In this document: one piece after another, positions 1-11,035 of the stretch
Layout: the number at the start of each line of letters is the position of its first letter
Position numbering within the stretch: position 1 is the stretch's first letter
Source: Vicugna vicugna
Taxonomy: Eukaryota
Length of the DNA stretch: 64,000 bases
NCBI GenBank assembly: GCA_013265495.1
Contig: MU058065.1
Span: 10,457,720-10,521,719 of the forward strand
Direction: 5' to 3'
Notes under the pieces: generated by a model
The model's input: the letters and a program-made list of their open reading frames with translations, nothing else
Told to the model about the DNA's origin: nothing
Database searches by the model: none
Position numbers and translations under genes: made by a program

Positions 1-1709
1 AGCTGTAAGGGTAAGTTCTGTAGTTGTTTACAAAATAGCAACTTTACATGTAAATAAAGGAGAACTTTTCTTAAAGATAGCACTGTGAAAAAGAATTAAA
101 CCTTATGACTTAATTCAATCTTAGATGATATATTGTGGCCAAGAAAAAGATGTTATGCAAATTGAAATAAAATATTTAGAATAATGAGGAGGAGAACTCC
201 CCTCCAGATATGTTAAGCCATAAGTCTTAAGTTTGAGTACGAACACTCTACTTTCAAAAAAACATAGTAAATAGGACTATTTTTACAGGGACTTAATACT
301 GTATCACAAAATGAATGGTTGAGAGAAATATTGGTATACAGCTTGGACAAGATAAAATTACAGAGGACTCAGTATTGAACTAGGATTTCGGACCATATCA
401 GAGCAGGAAATGTTCAAAGGATGAGCCGAATGAGAAAAAATGATGGGAGTGGTCCCTAGGGGTTTTCAAGAACAAGGCACAACCAAATGCTAGATCTATT
501 GTAGAAGAGATTTAAACAATGTTTAATTAGTTGAAATAAATGTCCTTAGATACTTTCCAATTATGAAATTCAGTGATTCTATCATGCCTTTAATATATGT
601 CTCTTTAATTAACCCCATCACAATTCTTATATCAAAATTTCATTGATTTTTTATATTTAATTTACTTTTTATTATTTTAGCATAACATCATCAAACTGTT
701 TTTTTAAAAACTGTGGTTTCATGGTATAATATTAATACAGTCTATTAATATATGCATTATATGCATTAATGCACATGATGAAAATTTAATTACTTTTAAA
801 ATTTAACTTCCAATCTTTCTTTACCTTAACACTTGAGACAGTCTAGATTTTCTAATCACAGATTTTTAAACCGACAATTTAAATTCTTTCTTTTCTTAGC
901 CTATTTTTTCTCCCCACACCCTTTGACTTCATATTCAACTACCCTGTAAGACCCATATTAAATTACATAATTTCCAGAAAACCTCTGGTGATACTGACTG
1001 GCACTACATGAATTTTTTGTTTGTCTGTTTCTGAATTTCTACCATACTTACTGAAGCATCAGTATCTCCTTTTTACTTTCATGTGAGGACCCATAAAGAA
1101 AGAAATATCCTGTAAGAAAAGAAATAAATAATAAATTTCTCCTGAACAGATGCTACTGACAAACCTGGGAATGACTGTAACTTCAAAATAATCTATAGAA
1201 GGGCTCTACCTGCCACTGGAGCGGCTTCTGCTGGAAATCAGTGATTATAGATGTTTCCAGGGTCCGATCACAGTCCATCCTAGTTCCTTCAGACATTCCA
1301 CCTTGAGACAATTGATTCTCAATGAATAATGATCAATTGCTTTCACCAAAGGTTTGAGAAATGATGCCCTAACTTACATGAAAGGGAACTATATCATGTC
1401 TGCTTTGATAAAATAGCCGTACCTGGCTGCAGTATGGTCACCACTACTGAAGAATCTTTGACAAATTTATAGCTTATTTCAAGCACTTGTGCCTGCAAAT
1501 TCACTGCAGAAAGAAGATCATTTAGTGTCATTTGATATCATCCCAGTTATATTAAACTACTCTTACTTCTGCAGAATATTTTCAGTCTATAGAAATGAAG
1601 AAAGAGAAGATAGATTCAGATTTTGGTCAGCTATGGTTGTCCAGTGCTACCCCAGACCAGATTTCTAAAGTTGCAGGCCTTTCTCTTTTCAAATATAAAT
1701 TAAAGGATT

Positions 1710-2130
1710 TAGTTACATGTGTAGTCATATTGTATCAATTGCCAGAAATGACCACAAATTTCATTGGCATGCAGAATAAGTATTTACTTCTCATTTATCT
1801 GTGGTCAGCCGAAACATCTCAGCTTTAATGCAGTTAGATGGCTCTATTTCAAGGTATAGATCCAGCTGAGCTTGGCTAGCGAGGCTTGGCTCCACCTAAG
1901 TTCATTATGCCTAAAGGAATTGCAGCTATCCCAGGGTAGCTTTTCATATGATGGTGACAAAAGAGCATGATTGAAACATCAAATGTTTCTTAAGGAAGTG
2001 TTAGACTCAAAACTGGCATGCTGTCACTTCCACCAACATGCTTTTGTTCATAGAGGTCCAACTAGCAACAAAGTATAGGGACAGGGATGTATTCTCCAAC
2101 TTTAGTGGGAGGAACAGTAAAATGTCTGTA
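1710..2130 (-). mobile_element. Old MaLR solo LTR (MLT1H/I/J-like)
   Basis: MLT1 antisense motifs such as 'aataagtatttacttctcat..tctgtggtcagc', 'caaaactggcatgctgtcacttccaccaacatg' and 'ttagtgggaggaacagtaaa'. Confidence 0.7.
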
Positions 2131-2132
2131 TA

Positions 2133-2593
2133 TCTTTTTATGAAATTTAAATATTCTTTTCATAGAGGGATGCAATACAAAGATAACTGGATAGAAGAAA
2201 ATCAGAACCCTATTACCAATAGCTCCAAGACTTCCTGGCAGGGCCCTATATAGAAGGTTGCATCTGAAGATACGATGACAGCAAGCTGGAGCCACAGGGG
2301 ACAGTTTATGTATAGCAATCTGGGTGGGTTCAGCGAGGTTTTCCAGGCTCCCTATGGGTTGGCTAATTTGAATGATTTCTCAGGCCCCACAGCATAGGAA
2401 CTCTCCATAGGTGTCTGATACTTGACCCTGAGGCAGTTAGGGCAGGTGCGTAGTGGCCTGGACTGTGAGAACCCAGTGATGGAAGTGGGTGCAGTGTGAA
2501 TTTAATCTACTTCTCAAAAAAGAACTGATTGATCTCTAGACCTGGCCTCAAAACTCTATCAAAACAGCTATTAAATAAACAAAAATGCTTATA
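2133..2593 (-). repeat. 3' LTR of the ERV-L provirus
   Basis: 'ccaggctccctatgggttggctaatttgaatgatttc' (about 2343) aligns with 'ccaggactccctgtggattggctgatttgaataatttc' (about 4327). Confidence 0.8.
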
Positions 2594-3435
2594 TTGACCC
2601 CCTTGATGTCTTGACTTAAATTTTGAGCCTGATTATTTTAGATAATTTGAGTGGCCATAAAGCAGAGAACAAGTTGTCCAAATCAGTGTACAAGTTGTCC
2701 TAAACAGTGTAGAAAACTTTTTATTATGAGAGTAAAAAGGAGAAAAAACAAGTAGAAGTATGAATTCTTGTAAGCCAGCCCATAAGCTTGTCTTATTATA
2801 TGGCATTAGCCAAGAAAACAATCTGAAATTTGTGAGGTCTCTAACAGTATCTTGGGGAGGTTGTAAAGCGTTTTAAAAGAATGAGTTGTATGTTTCATGA
2901 CAATATTATCTTGCTATATTCCTTGGGTCAAGGAGGGGTACAGCAGTTACATTGTTCATATGAACTGATACTTCAGTAAGGTATACATTAAAGTTAATGG
3001 TATTTGTTGGTAACAAAGGAAGGAGGTAGCTGTGGTCATGGTTAGAGACTCCAGGAGAGAAGATGGTCCTGGTGGCAAGTTGGAGGGAGGAGGGTGGAAG
3101 GCAGTGGGGAATGGGAGCATAGACCAGTATGAGCCAGTTGCCCCCTGAGCAAAGCAATAATCTTCATTAAGTTTTAGAATGGCACAGGTGGTAGTAACCT
3201 CTACAAGAATTTCCTTAAGACATAGGAATGTAAAATTATATGTTTCAGCAGAGAACCAGGAGTGTTTATGGTGGAGAGACTTATCCAACTTTAAATATAG
3301 GAAAGGGCAATGGGAGGATTTTTAAAAGTTGATATTACATATGAGTTGGCCAAGGGGCCTTGGATTAAGAAAGATGAAGTTCTGGGACAAGATACAGACC
3401 TATTTAGGAGTCCATGTGTCATTTTCTAAGTTAAA

Positions 3436-3600
3436 CAGAAGTTCTTTGAAGAACCCATTAAGTCTCTCAGTTAAATCAGCTGCCTGGGACCTATCTGGGA
3501 GATAAAATTTCCAACAAATGACTTTTAAAGTAGCCTATTGTGTATTTTTAGAAATGAAATGGGTGCCTTGGTCAGCATCAGTAGTGACTCATACTCCAAA
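3436..3600 (-). pseudogene. pol: ERV-L integrase catalytic-core remnant
   Basis: Manual minus-strand translation FGV*VTTDADQGTHFISKNTQ*ATLKVICWKFYLPDRSQAADLTERLNGFFKELL matches the ERV-L integrase pattern SDQGTHF...AAGLIERWNGLLK. Two in-frame stops. Confidence 0.88.
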
Positions 3601-3768
3601 AAGGTCCAACAGAGGCCCTGCATTGTGGCCTTATTATACATAGGCATATGTAACTTTGATTTATATTTTGGGTATCTGTGAAGCAAGAGATTCTCATAGT
3701 TCTTTACCGTAAGAGAAAAAAACTCTTAGGCAATGACACAGAAATTTGTACAAATGTGCAGATGGTAC

Positions 3769-3915
3769 CAGTGTTAATATGACTGCCTGAAGTTTGGCCA
3801 AGTATACTGACTCGTTGGTGCCATTCTTTATCAGGGACATCCTAGTTTAGGATAGGAAAGTGGTAACATTCCACTGTGTTCCATCTTTGATGATGCTGGC
3901 AGTCCTATCTGTATA
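3769..3915 (-). pseudogene. pol: ERV-L RNase H remnant
   Basis: Manual translation YTDRTASIIKDGTQWNVTTFLS*TRMSLIKNGTNESVYLAKLQAVILTL matches the retroviral RNase H layout (TDGSA...SAQxAELxAV). One stop. Confidence 0.8.
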
Positions 3916-4124
3916 CTTTATGAACTTCACTGCTATTCACTCAATCAAAAGGGGCTTCCCAGCAGACATCAAGGTTAAAGTTCAGCCTGCCCAACAGAGG
4001 GCAGTTCTGTCCCAAGCCATTGTCAAGGTGGTCTGGAACCAATTAGTAAGCCAAGAGCAGTCCCTCTCACAAAGCTATCAAAGAGTTAGTGGTAATGGCA
4101 ATGCCATTCTGCTCATATACCAAT

Positions 4125-4549
4125 TGTTTTATAAGACAGAAAAATTCTTTTGCAGGAAGAACAAAGACACTGAATAGATGAAAGGCAGACCTTTGTTACA
4201 ACTCTGAACAAAAGAAGGCTGCCAGGCAAGGCCTCATAGGGGTTCTACCTCCAGACTGAGTAATAGGAAGATGAAACTGTAGGAGGCAGCTTATGTACAA
4301 CAAGTGGGGTAACTTTAGATAGGTTTCCAGGACTCCCTGTGGATTGGCTGATTTGAATAATTTCCTGGACTCTAGGGCATAAGGGTGGTCCCTAATTGTC
4401 TGATAGCTGGGCCTAGGGTCTTTAGGGCTCTTAGTGTGAGAGCACAAAAGGAAAGTAGTTACAGTTGTTCAAGAAGGGGAACAGACTGGTCCTAGTCAAA
4501 AACCACAAAATTTAGTCATGACAGCTTTAAAAAAAAAAACTTTATTACA
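4125..4549 (-). repeat. 5' LTR of the ERV-L provirus
   Basis: On the minus strand it starts TGTAATAAAG and ends ATAAAACA (TG...CA). Homologous to 2133-2593. Confidence 0.82.
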
Positions 4550-4689
4550 TAGGGGTAGAAGTGTTAAATACGGATGACATTACATCTCAGTTTATTCATA
4601 TATAATACATTATAATCTAGGTTGAATTGTGTGTGTGTATGTGTGAAATTCATCATTTATTGAATAGCTACTATGTAACAAGAACTATG

Positions 4690-4865
4690 TGAGATACATA
4701 AACAATAAGGATTTAGTGTATAACACAGGGAACAATATTCAATGTCTTATAATAACCTATAATGGAAAAGAATCAGAAAAAAATATGTGGAGATGTATAT
4801 ATATGAATCACTTTGCTGTACACTTGAAACTAACACTATATTATGTCAACCATACTTCCAAAACA
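4690..4865 (+). mobile_element. 5'-truncated L1 3' end, cetartiodactyl type
   Basis: 'ataaacaataaggatttagtgtataacacagggaacaatattcaatgtcttataataacctataatggaaaagaatc...gctgtacacttgaaactaacac', followed by an AT-rich tail. Confidence 0.85.
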
Positions 4866-5349
4866 TTAATTAATTAAAGTAATTTTAATTAATTAATTAC
4901 TTCTTTTACTAGGCTACATTAAAATTCTTTGGCTTTATGTGGGACACTTGAACAGACAATGCACACTCCACAATTCTCTGTAGTTTTTCTGAGGCTTTGT
5001 CAGAGCTGTATCTCAGTGTGACTTCCATCTTAGCCTGATACTGCTTTCTGATATCTCTCTTAAAATGTGAGGATCCCTAATAAGCCTCATAAATCCCAAA
5101 TGCCTCTGCTTTTGAAGAGCACAATCTATGGAAGATATCAAATATCAAGTAGAGAAATGCCAGAGATTATGATTATAGTCCTCATTCATATTTTATTTCA
5201 AATATTAACAGTCTTAGGAAACTCATGTGGGCCATAATATTTTCACTAGAAATCCAATGTGTAGAGTCCACATAGAACCATTGGTCCTTATCAAAATTAA
5301 TTTGAAAGTCCAAAATCTCCTATAAACTGGAAATCTTATCTTTGCATCT

Positions 5350-5495
5350 TTATTCATTAATTCATTAAATCACTCATTCATTTATTCATTCATTCAGTCA
5401 TCTAAACACATATTATTCCATATGATATGCTAGTTATCTTGTTAGGTGTGAGGATACAGAGATATATGCATGATCTTTTTCATCAAGGCATTTAA
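5350..5495 (-). mobile_element. L2 3' end
   Basis: (ATTC)n-like tail followed by 'aacacatatt...ttaggtgtgaggatacagag'. Confidence 0.65.
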
Positions 5496-5561
5496 TGATG
5501 AGAGTTTAAAATGGCAGTATTATTAGCACCTGTTGTTGTCTCTACTTACCTAATTACATGC

Positions 5562-6037
5562 TGTGTTAGGCTGAATAATGGTCCCAAATATGTCAATGTC
5601 CTAATCCGCACAACCTGCAGATTTTACCATATATATGGTAAAAAGATCATTTCAGATAAAATTGTTAAGAAATTTCAGATGAGATTATCTTGGATTACGT
5701 AGACGGGCCCAATATAACACAAGAGTCCTCATGAGCAAAAAGCTAGAGTATCAGAGTAAGTAGTTGGAGAGAGAATAAGAGAAAAAGGATGCTAGAGGAA
5801 TGTGACGAGGGAGCCACAAACCAAACATTACAACAACTGGATACTGAAAAAGGCAAGGAAACAGATTCTCCCCTTAGAGATTTCAGAAAAAATAATTTCC
5901 TGCAAAATCCTTAACTTTAGTACAGTGACACTGATTTTGGACTTTTGACTCCCATTACTGTAAGATAATGGATTTTTGTTGCTTTTGACTGCTAAATTTG
6001 TGATAATTTGTTACAGTAGCCATAAAAAATTAATATA
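5562..6037 (+). mobile_element. MLT1D-like MaLR solo LTR
   Basis: Starts 'tgtgttaggctgaataatggtcccaaatatgtc', contains 'aaaggcaaggaaacagattctcccc', ends 'aatttgttacagtagccataaaaaattaatata'. Confidence 0.9.
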
Positions 6038-6129
6038 CCTACCATTGAGATACTCTCCAATTTGTGTATTATCATTATCATTTCACTACGGTAGTGAAAG
6101 TAGGACTAACTTTCATTTCTCTGTCCCTG

Positions 6130-6520
6130 ATGACAAAGCTTTGCGCATGTGACATGGTATCAGCCAATCAGTTGCTCCCTCTAAAAAACTTTGAATATAG
6201 AGTTGGAGGCATGAGTGGTTAGGATTCATTTATTGCAGATGAAGGGGTTTTCATTGAATGCAATCCCAAAGCCCAGTAGGAGCATTCTACAGTGTTAGGG
6301 CAGAGTCCTCATCAGATGGTTTCCATTAAGCATGGTTAGTAATGTTTCCTGACAAGCTTTTTCTTTTTTTTTTTTACCTGTTTCCAAAGCCCGGTCTTTT
6401 AGTTTGCCATTAGCTCTTGAGGTCCTAACATTATTCGAATAAAAGTGTTTGCTGCTTAGTCTAGTTAGTGTTGCCTACCCTTCTTATAGTTATGTTTGTT
6501 ACAGAAGATACACAGAATGA
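6130..6520 (+). mobile_element. LTR33-like ERVL LTR
   Basis: 'catgtgacatggtatcagccaatcag' and 3' 'aataaaagtgtttgctgcttagtctagttag'. Confidence 0.55.
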
Positions 6521-9054
6521 GAACATAAATGGGAGGAGAAATAAGGAGGAGAAATATTTGATGGTCACTATCGGTCTGAGCCTTTTATGTTTCACTTCAA
6601 TTTTAGTGTAACAGTTTTGTTTTGCCGTCCTCCCTTTACACAGAGGGAAAGGAAGAAACACTGATAGTCTTTGAATTTTTCAGGCTGATATGATGAAAAA
6701 ATGTGACTGGCAATACTGATTTTATTATCTGGGAATCAGTGAGTCCCTTTATAAGTTTGCCTTCATTACCCATGCTTTCATTGACAAAAGTTTGTGTTTG
6801 ATTCGGTTTAATTAAAAAAAAAGTCTGTATGTGTTTGTGTGTGTGTGTATAAATACACATATGTTTAGTATATTAATATTTTTCCAATTCTAAAAGATCT
6901 TTCTGGCCTATACATATAGATTAAAGTGATTTTCATTTTTGTTTTCATTCAGAAAATAATTACTTAATAGTACTGTAAAATGGTGTCTTGATGGAATAAA
7001 TGGAGCTTATACACCTGTTGTTCTCCAGGATGCATTTAAAAGAGAAAATAATCTAGCTCATCTATCATTAAATCATTTTCTTTTCAATAGTACATAGGTC
7101 CCATTTCAGTATTACAAAAACCAAAACACATAAATTTTACATTTTTTAAAAGATGGAAACAAAAAGCTTATCTAGAATAAATGTGAAGAATCTGAAATTG
7201 GAATATGCCTTATTTTATTTTCATGTAAGCATCAAAATATAGTATGAATTTTTAAGTTTAGTGGCTCTTGTTGAGATTTTGCCCATAAATAAACTTTCAG
7301 GCAATTTACTACAAGTATGTGATCATCCAATTATTTATTTATCTCTCTATTCTAAAAATTTTGTGCCTTGCATGTGTCAACCTCTGCATTAAGTAAGAAG
7401 GATAATACACAGATTTTCCCTATTAATGGCTCACAGTTTGGGTAGGTGAGAGAAATGAGTGTAATTTTAAATAATAAAATAGAGAATTAATGTGAAGTTA
7501 GAAAATTAATAAAATTTGAGCAAGAAATTCTAGTAGTTTAAAAGGTAAAATGGATTTCATTAGGCTATAGAGATCTATGAAGTAAAAAATGTTGTCCGCT
7601 GAGGAAAGGAGCAGGCTATGAATTTCTCAGTATTTTCTCTCTTTAATTTCAAAATAATTCACCTTTATTAGAAATCAAAATATAATAGCACAGAAAAGTC
7701 TAACATGAAGAAACATTCTTGAGAATTATAAAGTATTTTTCAATTACAAACTTAAATGACCTAAAAAATGACATACAAAGAACATAAAAGACAGGTGACC
7801 TGGAAGGTAATAATACTTAGGGGAAATATTCCATCAATTTGTTGGTGCCCTTGAGTACTCATTCTTATGTTTTTGCCATGAGCAAAAATCCAGAGACTCT
7901 TTTTTTGTTGTTTTTCTATCACAATAAGGCTGATTTTCTATTGTGTAATTCCCATTACTTTACAGTTTCATTACTTGAATTGTAGCAGATAAACTCTTTT
8001 AATTATAGCATAAAATGTTCTAGTTACAATAGTTTAGGGAATACATTAATCACTCATTTACCTCTACATTTATAATGTATGATGCACTAGACAGAAGCCT
8101 TAAAAGAAAAGAAAAAATTTTTTTTGACATTTGTTAACTGAGTTATTTTAAATAAGGGAATTCTAATAGCAATAGCTCCCTAGGTCAAGCATCAAAACAT
8201 ACTGGTTTTTAACAGGTAACATAAGTATAACTAGGACTAAGGTTAATTACTGATATTACTATCTTAAAACTTTGAACTAGATATTAAGGATAAAAAATTT
8301 CATAAATAAAGCCATGCATTTTCAGAATCTATTTTAAATGTCTGCTGATAGTCTATATTGACGTAAAGAACTAAATATCGAGATTCCATAACATTTCTTC
8401 TCTACTAGATTATGCTTCATACCAGATTCTTGATTCTGTTCAGTAAAATTTAAATTTAATATAAATGTCATATAAATAATTTTTATTTAAATGATGAAGC
8501 AAATGAAATTAAGTACTGTGTAGGTGAACGTATACTTATGTGCATTTTTGTTGTTTTATTTTGTTGTATTTTTTCCTTTAAAATCAACAGGCTAATCTCT
8601 AAGCTTTCAGATTCATAAATGTTATCAAGGGCTCCATTATCTATTTAATTTTTATGTATAAATAGTTTGATTGCAAATTTATAAGTGTATTTTAATTGAG
8701 TTTTCTAAGGTTTTAAAAATTCTTGCTGGACAAAAAATATTACCAAGCTTAGTTATATGTTTTTTATTTTCCATTTTAATACAGAATCTACAAAAGTCCT
8801 AAAGAAAAGAGATTCATATTTGGTGGGGTAGTTGGGAAAAAATGGGAATTTTATAAATAACCTCAAAGCAGCTGCAGAGAAAAAAAAAGCTGTAAAATAA
8901 TATAGTCCTAAGAAGTTTGCATTGAATATCTAATCTTAATTATAGCTACATTTATGAAAAACAGAATATTTAAATATATAGGTATGGATTTCCATTATTG
9001 ACTGGCACACTATATTGTTATTACGACTCTTCTTATTTTATCTAATTTTAACTA

Positions 9055-9262
9055 ATTTTGATTGAGTGCTTTATATATCCCAATAACTATGCTAACACTT
9101 AACCAGTATTACTTCATAATAAGTCATAATAAATCCACAAGATTTATTATCTCAGCTTTCATATGAAGAAACTAAATAGTGAGATGAAGGCACTATCTAA
9201 AATCACGTATCTATTGCTTTTCAGCACTAGGATTTGAACCTAAGCACTCTGATTCCAGAGGA
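9055..9262 (-). mobile_element. MIR SINE
   Basis: Core 'attatctcagctttcatatgaagaaactaa...ctaggatttgaacctaagcactctgattccagag'. Confidence 0.8.
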
Positions 9263-9339
9263 ACTTTTGTTTTTGTGAAGTTTAATATGTTGAGGAAAAG
9301 TAATCATAATACTTCTAGTCACTGTTATCAACAGGCATA

Positions 9340-9830
9340 TTAGTAGATGATGCTGGTTGATTAAACAGAAAAGTTTATTGAAAGGATCTTGTAGAGATAC
9401 TGTAATAGATAGAAATGTCAAGGAAAGAGTGCTCCAGGGTAAGTACAGAAGTGGCAGAAAGGACAGCAACACAAATGCACCAACTACCACTAGTGGCTAG
9501 ATGTTCATGTTTACAGCCCAGAACTTGACTTAGTCCCACTGCCACTAGCGCCAGCACCAGCACGTTAGGGAGTAGAGCTTGCGGCCATTGATGAAATCAA
9601 AAGCCAGATATTTCTGCTACTCTCCTTGCAACCAAATGGATACCTAACACAGAACCAGCGTCTTCATGCACTGCCTTTCAAGTCATATGCTTGAGTGGTT
9701 TATATTAGCTCTGTGGTGACCAGGGTTTTCTGTTTCTTCTTTATGGAGGCAGAATTTATGAATCTTGCTATTCCCCTAAAGGTTAGAAGGATATTCATAA
9801 AGTATTAGACTGTCATTAAAGGGTGAACAA
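9340..9830 (-). mobile_element. Probable old ERVL LTR (LTR33-like)
   Basis: GC-richer block with 'ccactgccactagcgccagcaccagc' and an end 'cccctaaaggttagaaggatattca' resembling antisense LTR33. Highly degraded. Confidence 0.4.
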
Positions 9831-10689
9831 TTCAACATTCAAATTCAAGAAATCAGTATTTTTTGTTTTGTTTTGGGATACCTCTGCAACTGTTTAAAAC
9901 CTAATTCTGTTCTTGGGTGTCCATGTTTACAACTATTGCAGGATCTCCACTGACTGCTTTGATCTAACTCCTATAGTCATAGTTAGTACTGTACTTAGTA
10001 GATAATAAAAGAAAAGATTAAGTAACAGAATTTCAAAACTAGTGATTGTAAATTGTGGTGGTGTTACACAACACACTAATATCTAGGGACTAGATTATTG
10101 CAAGACAAGTAAGTAGAAATAGTAAGTGATGGCATTATTTGAGTACCTCCAAATAACCCTAGATCTATTATATAATTTTTCTGGCCAGAAGCACGCTCAG
10201 ATATAGATCTATTATTATAAATATTAATAAAAGAAACTAAGATAATTTAATTGATCATTTCTTTCTTTATTGTTATAGTTAGGCAAGTTCCAATTCATGA
10301 TTTGACTTTGACCAATAATTTGATTTTCAGCGTGGTGAAGAGGAGGTAGGTTTTTATGGAGGAGAAGTAGGCAGAGCACATATATTTTCCATCCTCTATT
10401 TTGAATATCTGTTTTATATTATTCATAGATACTTGATCAATGGGGATATCTGTAGGCAGTCATCGGAGATAGATTTTCTTCAGAATAGAGTAGTCCTAAA
10501 GCTAACTATATTCTATAAAATGAGGTGCTTTTAGTGTGTGAATTTTTTAAGGTCACAGCCTAAGTTAGGCAAACTCAGGATCTACTCCTACTTAGGCTCA
10601 AAATATTTCCTTTAAACTTTATTTAAAAATAACTAGAATGAAAAAGTATTGATTTCAGGAGGAATTCTGTGTTCATTTAGGGCCCTTTC

Positions 10690-10825
10690 AACATGCTACA
10701 GTTAAGGAAACTGAAGACAGGGAAGTTACATATCTTGGCTGAGTTATTCAAGACCTACAATGGAGAAGAAAGCCAAGCCAAGTCTCAGTTCACAGAATAA
10801 CTCCTTAATAAGCCATGCTTCCTGC
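10690..10825 (-). mobile_element. MIR fragment
   Basis: 'acagttaaggaaactgaagacagggaagtta'. Confidence 0.6.
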
Positions 10826-10929
10826 CTCAGTTCTCAGCAGGGGTGATAGTCAAAACAATGTTCACACCTGTGACTCATTTCTCTGTGTGTCTTATGCCTC
10901 AGTCTTAAAATACTATATGCTAAGGTTTT

Positions 10930-11035
10930 GCCTTTACAGATAAAGGACACTGAAGCACTAAAGGAACTCTCTTGCTCTGAGTTAGCTAAGTCTTTAAGAA
11001 AAATATAAGAAAATTATGGTAACTTAGCCACTGCT
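10930..11035 (-). mobile_element. MIR fragment
   Basis: 'tttacagataaaggacactgaagcactaaagg'. Confidence 0.5.

Larger units (their letters stand above)
2133..4549 (-). mobile_element. Internally deleted ERV-L (class III) provirus with two LTRs (MER54/MER73/MER74-group-like)
   Basis: Two homologous direct repeats (2133-2593 and 4125-4549) flank about 1.5 kb containing minus-strand pol remnants. A purine-rich PPT-like 'caagggggtcaa' precedes the 3' LTR and a PBS-like 'ttggtatatgagcagaatgg' follows the 5' LTR. Confidence 0.85.

Noticed and set aside
1246..1330. Possible exon after 'gtttccag' at 1260
   Set aside because: Weak pyrimidine tract, an early stop in the tested frame and no good donor nearby.
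2600..3300. Possible env or dUTPase remnant in the provirus 3' region
   Set aside because: No furin site, CX6CC, immunosuppressive domain or dUTPase motif could be read. ERV-L elements normally lack env.
3860..4177. 105-aa plus-strand ORF in the provirus
   Set aside because: Antisense to the pol remnant and overlapping the LTR, with a GTG start and no recognisable motif.
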